Shown here piece by piece: positions 63,407 to 64,000 of a stretch of DNA of 64,000 nt (position 1 is its first letter; every line of letters starts with the position of its first letter). Position numbers and translations under genes: made by a program. Below the pieces are notes generated by a model, which was not told where the DNA came from, did no database searches, and was given only the letters and a program-made list of their open reading frames with translations. This DNA is from an uncultured Vampirovibrio sp. GTDB taxonomy: Bacteria; Cyanobacteriota; Vampirovibrionia; Gastranaerophilales; Gastranaerophilaceae. Where the stretch lies: NCBI GenBank assembly GCA_910577635.1, contig CAJTNR010000004.1, positions 19,538 to 83,537 of the forward strand. The letters are read 5' to 3'.

Positions 63407-64000
63407 ATGGATAAAAACTACAAACTGGCTCTTATAGGCTATCCTCTGGGGCATTCTTTGAGTCCTGTATTATATGAAGCTGCTTTTTCGAATCTTAATA
63501 TCAAAGGAAGCTATGAGCTTCTCCCCACTCAAAGTGAGGATCTGGTTAATCAAATCAAGTATTTGAAAAAGAATAAATACTATGGATTCAATATAACAAT
63601 CCCGCATAAGGTTCCGACAACGCTCTTTCTTAGCAAGTATGATGAGTTTGTTAATCTTACAGGAGCTGTTAATACTATCAAAATTGAAGAAGATTTGAGC
63701 TTATCAGGCTACAATACAGATGTTTGGGGTTTTGTTGAAGCAATTGATAAATCAATTGATTTAAACAATAAAAAAGCTGCTGTTATAGGAACAGGAGGAG
63801 CCTCAAGAGCAGTTTGCGCCGGGTTATACAAACGGGGTATAACAAAAATCGATATTTATACAAGAAACATTGTAAACTCTAAAGAAACCCTGGAATTACT
63901 AAGACAAAGATATCCAAATATTGAATTCCACTCAATTCAAACCTCAATGATGCAAGAATTGAGCGATGTTTCAATTCTTGTTAATACAACTCCTGTCGGT
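63407..64000 (+). CDS. aroE: shikimate dehydrogenase, 3'-truncated at window edge
   Basis: Not in the ORF track because it runs off the window. MDKNYKLALIGYPLGHSLSPVLYEAAF...GFNITIPHK...GYNTD...GTGGASRA are canonical AroE motifs. Confidence 0.85.
   Translation, partial: MDKNYKLALIGYPLGHSLSPVLYEAAFSNLNIKGSYELLPTQSEDLVNQIKYLKKNKYYGFNITIPHKVPTTLFLSKYDEFVNLTGAVNTIKIEEDLSLSGYNTDVWGFVEAIDKSIDLNNKKAAVIGTGGASRAVCAGLYKRGITKIDIYTRNIVNSKETLELLRQRYPNIEFHSIQTSMMQELSDVSILVNTTPVG

Noticed and set aside
24-64000. Remaining short listed ORFs nested in or antisense to confident genes (for example 24-296, 732-944, 4604-4789, 5506-5694, 6339-6596, 6720-6998, 7756-8013, 8468-8665, 9557-9964, 10083-10298, 11667-11885, 15807-16181, 16433-16645, 16685-16969, 18927-19112, 19543-19755, 21941-22219, 26437-26628, 31118-31375, 33672-33854, 35634-36085, 38750-39097, 40895-41080, 45884-46141, 46607-46804, 50767-51294, 51751-51933, 52180-52434, 53747-53971, 54300-54491, 56323-56933, 57409-58392, 58503-58691, 62744-62974)
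   Set aside because: Each lies inside or antisense to a longer ORF with clear family motifs. None has a convincing ribosome-binding site or recognisable domain.
1-64000. CRISPR arrays, IS elements, integrases, restriction-modification or other recognisable defence operons
   Set aside because: I looked for regularly spaced direct repeats, terminal inverted repeats, and transposase, integrase or nuclease motifs and found none. The only repeats are the two TA-like 3' boxes and the tRNA leader duplication.

Overview
Gene-dense chromosomal segment from an AT-rich bacterium (about one-third G+C by eye, not computed). I call about 60 protein genes and two tRNA-Gly genes. I found no rRNA, CRISPR array, transposase or integrase. 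Most of the window is housekeeping: pyrH-frr-cdsA-rnc-rpe, map, hisS, ribH, glyS, metG, dprA-topA-aroE, upp and dapL. It also carries diderm envelope functions (lptB plus an LptF/G permease, a four-gene MacAB/DevBCA-type efflux operon with TolC, RseP). Anaerobe-style redox genes are present too: a four-subunit 2-oxoacid:ferredoxin oxidoreductase, FixC/FixX, and a 46-aa rubredoxin missing from the ORF track. Signalling genes include a receiver-HD-GYP protein, a HAMP/PAS histidine kinase, a short sigma-70 factor and a bacterial voltage-gated Na+ channel homologue with a TLESWS filter. The one clearly accessory stretch is about 26.2-28.7 kb, between the oxidoreductase terminator and the two tRNA-Gly genes. 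It holds two XRE-type regulators and about 1.1 kb with no long ORF. I read that 1.1 kb as two tandem type I toxin-antitoxin-like modules: a forward extended -10 promoter, an anti-SD/SD leader, a tiny hydrophobic ORF and a conserved convergent antisense promoter. One module looks intact (25 codons, AAGGAGGTGA SD) and one looks decayed. Next to it, the 5' end and leader of tRNA-Gly(UCC) are duplicated, with an inverted tRNA fragment between the copies. All functional calls come from motif recognition in the translated ORFs. No database search was run.
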